A stretch of DNA of 64,000 nt from Tricharina praecox. Lineage: Eukaryota. Location: assembly GCF_024521635.1 (NCBI RefSeq), contig NW_026250409.1:1-64000 (forward strand), read 5' to 3'. Positions 12,375 to 24,401 of the stretch are shown here, in pieces. A model generated the notes under the pieces. It saw only the letters and a list, made by a program, of their open reading frames with translations. It searched no databases and had not been told where the DNA came from. The translations under genes were made by a program, and so were the position numbers. Numbering within the stretch: the stretch's first letter is position 1; every line of letters begins with the position of its first letter.

Positions 12375-12889
12375 GGTGAGTTAAGGACTAGTAATGGAGC
12401 GGAGTCTCTTTGGCGTGTTCGAAGGCAATAGGGAGTACTGAGTGATGGGGAGCAGAGTGATTAGGAGCACAGAGTGATAGGGAGTACAGAGTGTTGCTGA
12501 TGGCGTATGGGTTATAAGAGAGAAGACGCGACGCGACGCGAGCTGATCACCATCAAAAGAAACACGTGAAGTCGCGTTGACTCACACGCACCCTTGTCCA
12601 GTCTTGGCACCAAACTCATAGACCGTCATGTGTGCTCTAAACTGCACTCGACCATACTCCAACGAGTATCTAACGCCGCCTCGAGAGTCAAGACTGTTTG
12701 CCGCAGGAGTGGTTCCTTTGATGGCTCAATAATGTGCGCGGATGGAAGGGTATTTAGTGTTCCCTCCATGTATTGTCACTCATTTCACTCCATCCAATCA
12801 AGCGACATTCGAATACCCGTATATGTGAGAGGGGGATGCTGCGGCGGCTCGAAGAGGAGGAGGCTTCGGAGGGAGGCGGCGGTGTGGAT

Positions 12890-12990
12890 TAGGGACTCAC
12901 GGAGGGTAGGACACAATTAAGGAAGATATGGAGAAGGAGAGAGTGCGCTACTATTCAGCAATCATCTATTCATTGGTTCTCTGTGCGTGG
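12890..12990 (+). repeat. Short dispersed repeat, copy 1 (copy 2 at about 62446-62552)
   Basis: CGGAGGGTAGGA(C/T)ACAATTAAG...GGAGAGAGTGCGCTAC(T/C)ATTCAGCAATC..GGTTCTCTGTG is shared by both sites. Confidence 0.7.
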
Positions 12991-13036
12991 CGGTGAGTTG
13001 CTGCATGTGCTTAGGTCATTTCATTGTTTACGTGTA

Positions 13037-13345
13037 GTGTGTTGTCGCCGCCTCGCGGGTTCAACATTTTGCTATCAGCGAAACCACCAGGCAGTGGTCA
13101 TGGCTCAGAGGTAGTGAATTTCCCAGGTGATGAGAAGATCCATCGGCTGTACAAGGCTAGCAACCTTGGTGAGGACGCTCTTTTGCTGCGGTTCAATACA
13201 TGTTTCGGTTTTTATCTTTTTTGGTTTTCTATGGTAGTAACTACATGGCAGCTTAGTCGAGTGATCGTTTTGTGGGCGAACTGTCGACGAGTATCACGAA
13301 AACAGAGCCTACAGAAGCGGCTAAAACGGAAACTGCTGGGCCTCT
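13037..13345 (+). repeat. Dispersed ~300-bp tRNA-like (SINE-like) repeat, copy 1
   Basis: Alignable to 31125-31392(-), 57655-57820(-) and 61496-61800(+). Contains an A-box TGGCTCAG(T/A)GGTAG, a CAAGG-CTAGCAA-CCTTG hairpin, a GCGGTTCAA B-box and a T-run. Confidence 0.8.
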
Positions 13346-14760
13346 CAGTGAAATCCATCTGCGCCACGGGTCTTCCCACCTCGATCTTATGGCAGTCTTC
13401 CAGCCGTATGAGTACTTGCAAAAATATGGGCATCCTCGGTGTAGTTTTAATTCTTTGCGTCTCCGTTATGGTGCTGCAGCCGTCTCATGTTATCTTTGTA
13501 CTATTTAATCTAAGGTATTTTCTTTCTCCGGAGGACCGCCAGCCACCTGTATCAAGCGCGAGCTGAGTTCAACCGAGTGCTAGTCTCAAGCTAGGTATCA
13601 GGTCGAGCCCCATAAGCTTGTGCCTGCCAGGACCAAATTCCCCATGCCTGGGTGCGAAATAAAACAGGAAGATCTCTCTCTTTTCCTCAAGCCTGGGTTC
13701 GGTCCGAGTACATACTCACGAGTCGGTTCTCATGACTTCCCACCGGCCTAGAAATTCCAGAAATTCGAGATTCTCCGGCGCCACTGGGAAAGCAACTTGC
13801 TGGTCACATATGTTCAGAGCAAAACATGTGACAGCGAGCCATCTCAGCGGTCTGATTCGTTGGTTCTTGATAGTACATACATGGCTCGGTGGCGGATACA
13901 GAGCGAACGGACGCAACTGATCTACTAAGGTAGTTACATCGAGCAGTTCTTTCATTACCTCCACCGTATAGCTAGGTTACTATAAGAGTGGCTGTTATGG
14001 AATCTCGTTAAAGCCGCTTGGGGGCTCACTTTCGCAGATATCGCCCGTACAACACCCGTCTGGAGTCATCTACTTCAAACAACCACAGCAGCCACCATGC
14101 GCTCATTCTAGGTATGTATGGACTCCCAGGTTCAGCACCACCACAAAACGTTTGGCTGGTGGAATGATTTTTCGTCACTGTCATAGCCTAGAGGTAACTA
14201 GACGAGCGGGGTGAGGTTCGGGCTCCTCGATGATGACAGCAGGTGTTGTCTGCCACCGTAATGAGAGGAGCGCGGTACAGATGGTGGATAAGATCAGATC
14301 AGATCGATACGATAAGATACGATATAGCCTGTGAGGGATGGCTAACTTAGGCATAGTGATTGTCTGCTCTAAGGTAGATGTGGAATAGCGTCGAGAAGGT
14401 ATGGATGAAGAACAAGGTTGAACCTAAGGAAAATTCAACGACGAGAGGAGACTATTTGAGGAAGTGAGGGAACGAGGTCGGAGGGAGACTCCGAGCTTTC
14501 AGCTGCAATTTCACCTTTGTTCAAGGCCGATTAACAGTTGGTTTTGGGTTTGTCTCCTCCTCCTCCACGTGCTCGGTGTTCCCTCGTATTGATGTGTTTT
14601 TCTCCGGGGTTGCAGAGCCGAATTTAACATGAGTACCGATATTCAACGCCGGAACCAGCAATTGATTTTCATCGCTGCTGGGTTCGGTGCTATGATGGCC
14701 GCAGGCGCGTATATGATTCATAGGTTACAGAAGGAGGCGGAGGAGCGTCAGAGGGAGGAT

Positions 14761-14885
14761 GAGGAGTGGCTGAGGGAGGAGGAGGAGGGGTAGGAGGAGG
14801 AGGAGTGGCTGAGGGAGGAGGAGGAGGGGTAGGAGGAGGAGGAGTGGCTGAGGGAGGAGGAGGAGGAGGAGGAGGAGGAGTGGCA
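14761..14885 (+). repeat. Purine-rich 39-bp tandem repeat (about 3 units) built on (GGA)n
   Basis: Unit GAGGAGTGGCTGAGGGAGGAGGAGGAGGGGTAGGAGGAG. Confidence 0.9.
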
Positions 14886-15070
14886 GTACGACAGTCCAAC
14901 GTTGACCCACCGCATCGGGTCTGATCCTGGTTACACTCTCCCCACACCACTAGGTCTATCCGTGCCGCTGCACGCCGCAACACCGAGACGCCTCGACCCC
15001 CACGCTCCCTCGCTTGCCAACCATCCCACCGCCCCACCAACTGCCGATCCGCAACACCCTCTACCAAACC

Positions 15071-15867
15071 ATGAGCTCCGCACCCCCCCAGCCCACGGTG
15101 CTTCTCACGCTCGAGGGCATAGTCCACAACGCGCATCTCTTCAACGCGCTGCACACGCACGCCAATGTCTTCACGGTCAAGAGCAAGGCAGAGGCCCTCT
15201 CCTTCCTCGCCGCGCACACGCCACACGCCGTGCTGCTGACCGACGCGGCGCTCTCGACGGACGCGTACCGGGACCTGTGCGAGCGTCTGCACAGCTACGT
15301 GCTCAGCGGCGGGATCGCCGTGATGTGCAACGAGTTCAGCAGCTTCCTGAAGACGCCAGTGTTCAACCGGTGGATGTAGACGCGCTGGGGGTTGCCGTGG
15401 ACGGTCGGCAGCTACCACCGCACGGACTTCTATCTCAACCGCGCCGCCGCCGCCGTCTGCCTCCTGCCCGGCTTGCTGCCAGTCTACTCGATGAAGGCGT
15501 CCAGTCTGAAGGGCGTCGACGCCCCCAGCAGGGTGTATCAGCCCGCAGAAGACTCGTTCACCCAGAGTAATGTGTTCGCGCCGGAGCGCGTGCAGGATCA
15601 GACGCAGGCCCCGGTGGCGTATAGGATGGTCGGCCGCGGCTGGCTGGGGTATGTCGGTGATGTCAACTAGGAAGAGGGCAGCACGGCGGTGATCCTGGCG
15701 ATGTGCGGATTGGTCGATGGTGACTTTTGCTTCGTCTGTCGTGCTAGGGCGAGGCGGATATGCCGCTGATGGCCTGTGCGAGGTGCCACTATGCGAAGTA
15801 TTGCTCCAGGCAGTGTCAGAGCACCGACTGGAGAAGGCACAAGCCAGTCTGTGCTGCGGTGGTTTGA
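15071..15867 (+). pseudogene. Pseudogene: conserved fungal domain of unknown function fused to a C-terminal MYND zinc finger
   Basis: One frame with TAG at 15377-15379 and 15668-15670 (WGLPWTVGSYHRTDF..YSMKA..GYVGDVN*EEGS..AMCGL), then CFVC. After a frameshift near 15748 it reads CARCHYAKYCSRQCQSTDWRRHKPVC (MYND). Confidence 0.85.
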
Positions 15868-16718
15868 GAATGATTTGGTTGGGCTGATATCACGTTGTGT
15901 GTCTCTTGTTTTACGGGTGCAATCGTCAAGTGGGCATAGAAATCAATGATGGTTTTTGCGCGTGGGTTTTACTGGAATCAGATACCCAGGTATTGCTCAG
16001 TTCTTGTAACCTGTAACCTGTGCCTTCGGTGACAAACTTCCAACCGCGCATCCGTAGAAGGCTCAGAGCGCAAAGCCGATCAGTACGTACTATCCTGAAG
16101 AACTGCCATATCAAAAGTAGTGCCAGCAACCGCGCAAGAAGCAGTGAGTGAAGACCCCGCTATCCCCAACCACTCGTACAATCGAGTGAGAAGACGTAGC
16201 CACCACCACCACCGCACAACCTCCGTAGGATCCCTGCGCGTAAAGTACCTGGTTCATAGTCCGGCCATCCTCAGAGCTAAGGAGCCTCGCAGACTAGGAT
16301 AGTAGACAGTGTTGATACCAGCAATCGGAAAGCACGATGCCAGGAAGCAGCCCGACTGTCGAGCCGGAAGTGTGTACTCTACATACAATAGGTACATCTG
16401 TTGGAAACGTCTGGCAACAGTGTCGCCGTCTTCAATACGGATGAAGGTCGCTCGCGGGGGAACACTCTCGACTTTGATTCGAATTTCGAAATCTACTACG
16501 ATTAGTATCTGCTTCGATCAAGCGGTAGGTATCGGTCTCCGAGGTATAGGTTGGTAGATGATTGCTTGCTGTATTCCCAAGAGACAATATAGCAAACATT
16601 CATGTTTCGATTCAGTTTTCAACAGACATTTGCATGTGCAGATGTGATGTGGCTGCAATCTGCAGTCTCCACCAGGTTAGATCCAACTTTCGTACCGGCT
16701 AGCGCTACCATCAAGCAA

Positions 16719-16817
16719 TCCTCCGTGGCGCAATTGGCTAGCGCGTTCGACTGTTAACCCTGCAACCCGCGGAGTTCGGCGATCGAGAGGTTGGTGGTTC
16801 AAGCCCACCCGGAGGAG
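16719..16817 (+). tRNA. tRNA-Asn (GTT) with a 25-nt intron (16757-16781)
   Basis: Acceptor stem TCCTCCG/CGGAGGA+G, D-arm TGGCGCAATTGGCTAGCGCG, anticodon arm TTCGA-CTGTTA^A-TCGAG, T-arm GGTGGTTCAAGCCCACC, downstream TTTTT terminator. Confidence 0.95.
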
Positions 16818-19153
16818 CTACTTTTTACTAGTCTTTTGGCCAATTTCCTTTAATACAAGGTATCTAACCAATCTATTTTTCACGTCGATGCAGGGCATCG
16901 TCTCGATCTCGTCTCGAAGAATTCATCCGAAGTTGCTGCCGGAGATAAGACGAAAGACGAAAGAGGCAGACGCGAAAGGCGGGGGCGGGGGGAGAGGGGG
17001 GGGGGGGGACGGACTGCTCGGCAGCTCCAACGGAACGGAACGGAGAAACCCGTCAGGCCGTCGCGCCGTCAGCCGTCACGCCGCGGGGCCGCCCCCGCCC
17101 CGCCCCCGCCCTCGCCCCCACACGAGGACTTGCACATGCCTGGACTCTGGAGAAGGCTGCGTGCGGCGTGCCCAGCCGTCAGCACTCAGCAGCCGGTTAA
17201 GCGAGACACGGTTTCGGGTCGTGGTACATAGAGTGCTTACTCTTACTCTGCACGCAGATGTACAGATGGAGAGCATGTGTGTTCACTTCACTTCACTCCA
17301 CTTCACTGCTCCCCTCCCCTTCAAAACAGGCTCATCGCCGAGCATCGACATCGGCATCGACGGTGAAGTGATGAACTGGTGAACTGGTGAACTGGTGGCC
17401 CGGTATCTTTGGCCGAGACACACTGCACTAGTACTCTACATACTAGCGGGTGTGGGTGTGGGTGTGGGGTCTGTGGGTCTGTGCGCTGGTGGGTTGGTTG
17501 GCTGGTTGGCTGGTTGGCTGGCATCGACGATGATTCGGCGGCCGTGTGGATCCGGGGTGGATTTATGCACGTGTGGGACTCGGGGGGCCAGCCCCGATTC
17601 GGTCGCGTCAACGTTGAGAACTTGAGATGTTCTCTGTTGCTGCTTTTACATATGTTCGTCTGGTCGGTCGGTCTCTACAAGAGACACCAGACATACGACT
17701 TCAACATCGCGGAGATACTTTGAGGTTGTTTCTTTTCTTGTTTCTTTCTAAATAGTCAATGCAATTGGTAGCCCTAGTTGCCCGTACTCTATATACCCGT
17801 CGGAGGTCTCTCAGAAGTAACTAAGGCACCAGTAGGTGGGGCCCAATTCCCAAATGCCCCAGACCCCCCCTCCCCCCCTCTCCCCACACCCCTCTCCCCG
17901 GCTGACGAACGGTCCGGTCGTGATAGGAGTCTACCTACCTTGTACTAGTAGCAGTTGGTAGTCGCTCCAGCCTGCAATGTGCATCCCAGGTACTAACAGC
18001 GAGTCGTACGGAACAGCGAGGTTCCGATGGTTTGGTATAGTAGGTTCTGGTTATGATACATGTTACATTTATGCATACATGGACACTTTGTTTGAACTTT
18101 GGATGGCAGCTGCGAGGCAAGGAGGGCTCAGGGGAGGAATGGAGGGAGGGAGGGGGAACCGCTGCGTCGGATCGTTCGCTCGCTCGCTCGCAGTTAAGGT
18201 GCACTTCCGACACATGTTATGCATCGAGAAGCGAATCACGACTCACGACAGCGAGCTGTGTCGGATATGCACCTGCAACGGTATCCGACGACGTGGAGGT
18301 GGAGGAGGGGCCTCGAGGAGGGGAAAATGGAGGCAACTGCTGGAGTCTGGAATAATGTGGGTCCGGGGATAGGTAGGAACGTGAGAGGCTGGTGGACTCT
18401 CGAGTCGAGTGGAGTGCGAATGGCCGCTAAAGTCTGGGGTCTGGGGTCTGGGGAAACAAATCTGGGGTAGGTATTCAGGTGCAAGGCTACGAACGAGGCT
18501 ATGTATGCTGGGTGGTGGAGAGCCAACGGCGCCGCCGCCTTCATGGGGGATAACTAGAGTGCTTACGTGGTTAGTTGGGTCCGCGCATTATCGGCCATAG
18601 ACCATCACAGATAGCTGGCATCCCATTGGCGGTGCCAATCGGCGTTTTGTCTGCCGCGACCACGCATGGGGCAGCATTCGGTCCCAGCGCCGGTTGTGAA
18701 CGATTATAAAGGTAGATACGGCGTGGGGCAGTGCCGGTCATGTCATGTGTCTCAGTCCTCTCGCTGCCTCTCTCTCTCCCTCTCTCTCTGTCTCGCAAAA
18801 GCCGTCATCGGATATCTACTCCCGACGCACGGGGCGAAGATCCGCCCCAGCGCTACGGTGAATCCGTGATAGCTTTCCCCATACAATTGTGCCCAGCAAC
18901 TCCGCAGGAGCGTAGTCCGTTCTCGGCTGTGCCGGGGGCTGCGGCGAGCGCGCTGGTGGTCGTTGGCGAGGAGAGGAAGTCTGGCGACGTGCATTGCCAA
19001 AGATGCCAGCCATCGAGGGGAAATCTACATAAATACGCTGCCGCCGCGCAAAGTGCAATATTCGCTTCCATCTTGTTCGTCACAGACACAGTCACACACG
19101 CCCAACAGCAGCCTGCCCCTCCCTCCTCCTCCTCCCCCTCCTTGTCCTTCACC

Positions 19154-20829
19154 ATGGGCGCCGATCTCCCTGATACAATCCTCACAAACCTCTCGGTCGG
19201 CTTCTTCGTCCGAGGGGTGAAAGCGTACCCTTTCCACATTCTTGCCGGCATCATCGTGCTTCGTCTGCTCTACAACAAGTTCTGCCGCGGTATCACCAAG
19301 GTTCCCGGACCCGCTTTAGCCGCCTGGACCGGTCTCTGGCGGTTCGCCGACGTCAACAAGGGTGACGCACACAACACGGCCATCAGACTCCACAAGGAGC
19401 ACGGAAAACTCGTCAGGATCGGTCCCAGCCATGTCTCCGTCAACGACCCCGCTGCCATCCCGGTCATCTACGGACTCAAGTCGGGATTCACCAAGGTATG
19501 CATGCATCACCAACCGTGCTCCCCGCTTCGCGTGCTGACCTCATCTCCGCAGACCGCCTTCTACCCCATCCAATGCATCAGCTGGAACAAGAAGCCGCAG
19601 ATGAACCTCTTCTCCACCCGCGACGAGCAGTACCACCGCGACCAGAAGAAGCTCGTGGCCAACGCCTTCTCCATGACCGCACTTCTCGACATGGAGCCGT
19701 ACGTGGACGCCTGCACGACGCTGCTGATGTCGCAGCTCGACTCGCGCACCAAGTCTGTCGACCTCGGCGAGTGGCTGCAGTACTACGCCTTCGACGTCGT
19801 TGGCGAACTCTGCTTCAACAAGAAACTCGGCTTCCTCGAGACCGGCGGCGACGTCGACGGCATGATGGGCACCATCGCCGGCATCCTCGAGTACGCGGCA
19901 AAGATCGGACAGATCCCAGAGCTCCACCACATCCTCCTCGGCAACCCGCTGTTCCCCATCCTCCTGCCTAGCATGGAGACCTGGAACTCCGTCCTCACGT
20001 TCACCCTCAAGGCTATCAACACCCGCTGCTCGATCCAGCGCAACGGCGAGCTCGAGGTCAAGAAGGACCAGGTCGGCGGCAAGGACATGCTTTCCAAGTG
20101 GGCGTCGGCCAAGCTCGGCGATCCCCTCAAGATCGGCACTCGGGATGTCATCGTGCACCTGAGCACCAACGTCTTTGCCGGTAAGCCAAGACTCCACCCC
20201 TTCCATTCCTTCCAGCACTGACATTTCCCCCAGGCTCCGACACCACGGCCATCGCTCTCCGCGCCATCGTGTACCTGCTCCTCAAGAACCCCTCGAAGAT
20301 GGAGAAACTCCTCGCGCAAATCGACGCCGCCGACGCGGCCGGCCTTCTCAGCAACCCGGTCTCGTACAAAGAAACGCAAACGCACCTCCCGTACTTCGGC
20401 GCAGTAATGAAGGAAGCGATGCGAGTGCACCCTTCTGTCGGCCTTCTCCTCGAGCGCCACGTGCCCGCAGGCGGCGCCACGATCTGTGGCGAATTCATCC
20501 CTGGCGGCACGATCGTCGGCATCAACGCGTGGGTCCTGCACAACAACGCGCAGGTGTTCCCTAACCCGGAAAAGTTTGAGCCCGAGCGCTGGTTGGAGAG
20601 CTCCGACGAGAAGCTCACCGAGATGGAGAGGAGCTTTTTCGCCTTCGGAGCGGGGTCAAGGACTTGCATCGGCAAGAATATCTCGCTCATGGAAATGTCA
20701 AAGGTTGTCCCGCAGCTGCTGAGGGAGTTTAAGGTATCCCTGGCGGACCCCGGGAAGGAGTGGAAGACCAGGAATATGTGGTTCGTTCAGCAGAGCGGGC
20801 TGGTGTGTAACCTGGAGAGGCGCAAGTAG
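19154..20829 (+). CDS. Cytochrome P450 (pisatin-demethylase-like group); introns 19496-19552 and 20181-20233
   Basis: N-terminal membrane anchor and VPGP, LVRIGPSHVSV, AG^SDTT I-helix, EAMR (ExxR), PERW, FGAGSRTCIG heme motif. Confidence 0.95.
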
Positions 20830-21588
20830 TGGGTGTCACGGTGTGATTTATTGATCGGTCGATGGAGCGTTGGGTTTTGTGATTGCGGGGGTTTTGTCGG
20901 TTTTATCTTTTTATGAGTTTCTTGTACATACATACCATTTCGAGCGGGCGGGCGGGCGGGGACGGGGACGGGGACTGCGGGGAGTCGGGAGGAGGAGGGG
21001 ATCCTACATACGTACTTAGGTACCATACTTATGATACATACTATTGTCAATCCATGACACACCGCTCCGATCGTGATGGTCATCGTCGGCCTCATGCCTG
21101 CAAACCGCGGCACTAGTGTTCGACATAGTCCTGTCCGGAGTCCGGACTGCTAAGCTACAGTAAAGTCTAGTCCGAGGTTCAGGACAGACGAACAGCAGCT
21201 TGTACTACGATGTACCTACCTATCATACATATACCCACCGTATAATGTGCTGCGTGCGTGCGTGCGTGCGTGCGTGTGCCGGTAGGTATCACTCGACTCG
21301 ACTCGGCTCGGTGCTGGATTTTGCCGTTCGGGGGCGAGCGTGCGAGACAGCATAGCATGGTTCATGCTGTGGGCGTTCGGCTGGGTAGAGTACTCTACAT
21401 ATAGGCCGCTGTGCTCGGTCCCGGGTGCATGGTCGCGCCCTGCACATACATAATCAGGTCGTGAATACCTACGCCTGCCATAGGTGATCCAGCCCAATAA
21501 ATCAATACACTCTGTTTTTTTCCGCAGAAGCTTTTCGGGAATTCAAAAGATGCGTGAATCAAGACAAGAGCAGAGCAGGACTACCAGC

Positions 21589-21684
21589 CGCTACCTCTGC
21601 TCCACTGCCTGTCGCTACCTCTGCTCCACTGCCTGTCGCTACCTCTGCTCCACTGCCTGTCGCTACCTCTGCTCCACTGCATGT
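21589..21684 (+). repeat. 24-bp tandem repeat x4
   Basis: Unit CGCTACCTCTGCTCCACTGCCTGT. Confidence 0.9.
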
Positions 21685-22578
21685 CGCCTGTCGCCACTGT
21701 TCCTGCAGCTTAGAAGGAGGGTACGCAGAGTTGCTGTTCCATTCGCAGTTGTGCTGGATAATGGTGCACATTCGGGAAGATCGCTGAGGAAAAGGGGAAG
21801 GCCCCCGGGGGGCTAAGGTTGAGGAAGGTTTATGCGTAGATTGTGTGTAGTTTGGATGTAGTTGTTTTCAATTAACGGCATGGTGTTCAGTGAATCTCTT
21901 TCCGCACCGTCGGTTTATATTTCCGGTGGAATACCCGTCCAGCGCGGTTAAGAAAATTTGTGAGCTCAGAAAAAAACTTTAAACTTTGTGGGTGGTCCAG
22001 CTCAGCCGGAGGATGTTTCTCAGCAGGCCAGCCCCAAGTTACCAAAACATTCTTTTTAAGCCAGCCCAGGGACTGAGATTTTTCTAGCAATTGTCGTTCC
22101 AGCAGATCAGGAATATTCATAGACGGGCTAGCCAACTAGTAGATGGACAGACCCATCTAAATGCTGGAAAATCTGCTGTGTAGGCTAGAACAGCTATCCC
22201 CTACATGTCTGGGGAGGGAGTATATATATGTATGTATGTGTAGCACTACAAAGGATGGCCGGCTAGGCCCTATTAGGAGGCGGCAGTGCGTCTACACTGC
22301 CACACCGCTAACGATTTCTATTAGTTTGGTTGCAGCTGTGCCAGTAGCAGTCACGGTTGCAACTATGACAGTCACCGTCGCTACCTTTGACCCACCGTAC
22401 TTCAAACCTCCACGGTTCCAATACCAAAGAAATGAGCAACAGCTCTGATACAGAGGCTATCGCACTGGAACTCAAGTTACAAAAAGGCAGCTATGTTGCA
22501 GACAGGTCAGTTGCGAATACTACTACTCCAGTGGCAGGCTCTACTAGATAATACACCGAGGGCGGCGGCTGCGGCCGC

Positions 22579-22830
22579 TGTGACACCCCGATAAACTCTC
22601 GGGTGGTCACAGCAAGAGCGGTTCGTTTGGAAGCGATCCCAACACAGGAATCTATAGTCGTACCATAGAGACGAGTTAGGCAGGAATGGGCAAAACTCGA
22701 TCCTGAGTTTAGACAGCAGTTAGCGATACGGGCAATGCAGGGTGAAGTTCGATACGGCCAATACGGCCTGAGGCAGTGCATCATGGAACCCCGTGGAAAG
22801 ACACGCCGATCATGTAACCTGTTATGACGC
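22579..22830 (+). mobile_element. 5' fragment of a family-B-related LTR
   Basis: Starts TGTGACACCCCGATA, identical to the start of 178-867; the right boundary is uncertain. Confidence 0.5.
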
Positions 22831-22944
22831 GCGGTTACCAATGCATCGACAAATGGAAGCCTGTAAAACTGGGCCTGTTCTCAGTGCTGACATGAAAATA
22901 TGTACTGCTTGATCTGAGCTACGCCCGGGTAGGAAGTGGTAATT

Positions 22945-23353
22945 TGTCACAGTTCAGAAATCCTGGCCTTGAGTGGGTACTGGGATGATGGCCTTCAGCC
23001 ATCAAAATACCTTTTGGTCGAGTGGTATAGTACTTTCCCAGTGTACTTTATTACAGTTTGATGGCTGCCAAGGTCATGAGTTCAATTGCAACTGCGAGCA
23101 GTTACATTTCTCTGCTGCAGCGTTGTTCAGGAATTGCATGGCTTACAGTGAGTGACGGTTCATGATTCTTATCATGAATTATCACTCATTGGGGTTAACT
23201 ACTTGAAGGCTTCCTGGAGTAAGGGCCTAAAAGAGGGGATACTGTCACAGTTCAAAAATCCTGGCCTTAAGTAGCTACTGGGATGATGGCCTTCAGCCAT
23301 CAAAATACCTTTTGGCCGAGTGGTATAGTACTTTCCCAGTGTACTTTATTACA
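22945..23353 (+). mobile_element. Complete non-autonomous mini LTR element (TRIM): LTR 22945-23055, 187-bp internal region, PPT, LTR 23243-23353
   Basis: Two 111-bp TG...CA direct repeats. PPT AAGGGCCTAAAAGAGGGGATAC lies just before the 3' LTR, and TTTGATGGCTG occupies the PBS position. No clean TSD (TAATT vs ATCTG). Confidence 0.85.
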
Positions 23354-23456
23354 ATCTGGCGGTGGTTACCCTGAGCAAGGTGATATTGTTGCTGTAGCAT
23401 TCTCAATCAGGCAGAGGAGTTTGCGATCTCGATCGCCGCGCCGGCTGTGTGTGTGG

Positions 23457-23567
23457 TGTCACAGGTCAGAAATCCTGGCCTTAAATAGCTGCTGGGATGA
23501 TGGCCTTCAGCCATCAAAATATCTTTTGGCCGGGTGGTATAGTACTTTCCCAGTGTACTTTATTACA
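23457..23567 (+). mobile_element. Solo 111-bp TRIM LTR
   Basis: Perfect TSD TGTGG on both sides. Confidence 0.92.
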
Positions 23568-23688
23568 TGTGGCTGTGAGCGCAGCGTCCAGCGTCTGTGG
23601 GTATTCGAGACGGAGCATGTCGACGTTGGAGGATGACATAGCGGTTCTTGGTTGTGAGAACGGTGACTTATAACTCTTAAGATAACAG

Positions 23689-24040
23689 TGTGAAACTGGA
23701 ACCGTGTCGTGACGTCAGAGTGTTGATAGATATCAAGTTTAGAATCAAAATCAAAGATTTTGATAATTCACAGCAGAATAATCTTAACCGGTATTGCCGG
23801 TAGTGTTCGTTGTTCCAGTGTGCTGGTATTGGGATTTCCGTCACGATAGTTGAGTGACTGTATAGTCTACCCATACACCAGGCACGTGATCGGAAAACTC
23901 TGTCGTGGGGAACTCCCTTGCAAACGCCCTTTGAATCATGTTCCGGCGTAAACGCTACGGATAGTCACTCACTGAGTCTAGGCCAGAGTGTCGCTGTAAG
24001 ATGACATATGGATAGCAGTTCCGAGTAGGCAAGAAGTGCT
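23689..24040 (-). mobile_element. Partial LTR, family B variant
   Basis: TGTGAAACTGGAACC terminus; the reverse complement aligns with 1960-2229. The right boundary is approximate. Confidence 0.75.
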
Positions 24041-24043
24041 TAC

Positions 24044-24401
24044 TGTAAAGGCACGGTCGGGCAAGGCTGCAGGTAGCAAAGTCGGGCGGGTGATCGGGTA
24101 CTGGGTACAGCAAAGGCAAGACAGGTTCAGAGGACAAGGCAAGGCAGGGCTCAGTACAGATAGCAACTGAGAATAGAGGCAGGGACAAGGACTACGGTGC
24201 AGATGGCAGCCGAGACGAGGACAGAGATAACAGTGATTGAATTAACAAGTTGTTGCGTGAAGAACTAAATACAGAGGGGCAACGGCCTGTTCATATAGAA
24301 ATTCCTCCACTTCTCCCTGCAACCTGACAATGACCGTGGGTGTGTGCCAGACCCTGAGAAATTCACCTTGCCAGTACCCTGCTTCCGTGACTCATACCCT
24401 G
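24044..24401 (-). mobile_element. LTR family A, interrupted at 24401 by another LTR-A
   Basis: TGTAAAGGCACGG terminus, colinear with the reverse complement of LTR-A. Confidence 0.85.

Noticed and set aside
13024..13566. 180-aa ORF with apparent paralogues at 31106, 57654 and 61567
   Set aside because: The similarity comes from the shared non-coding repeat; indels between copies do not preserve the frame.
14690..15418. 242-aa Pro-rich minus ORF and similar long antisense ORFs over the GC-rich genes (e.g. 19541-20541, 49907-50665)
   Set aside because: Shadows of high-GC3 coding strands or of tandem repeats.
15377..15670. Two in-frame TAG codons as A-to-I restorative editing sites (TAG>TGG), as known in sexual-stage ascomycetes
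   Set aside because: A frameshift near 15748 also breaks the gene, and CAG>TAG transitions explain the stops more simply.
18731..19153. 140-aa N-terminal extension of the P450 suggested by the ORF track
   Set aside because: GTG start and low-complexity UTR-like sequence; ACCATGG at 19154 precedes the membrane anchor as expected.
19154..20829. Secondary-metabolite gene cluster around the P450 and MVD1
   Set aside because: No terpene synthase, PKS, NRPS or transporter is nearby; the P450 stands alone.
22945..23055. Cassandra-like 5S rRNA or tRNA content in the mini-LTR (TGGCCGAGTGGTA resembles an A-box)
   Set aside because: No recognisable 5S similarity, no B-box and no cloverleaf.
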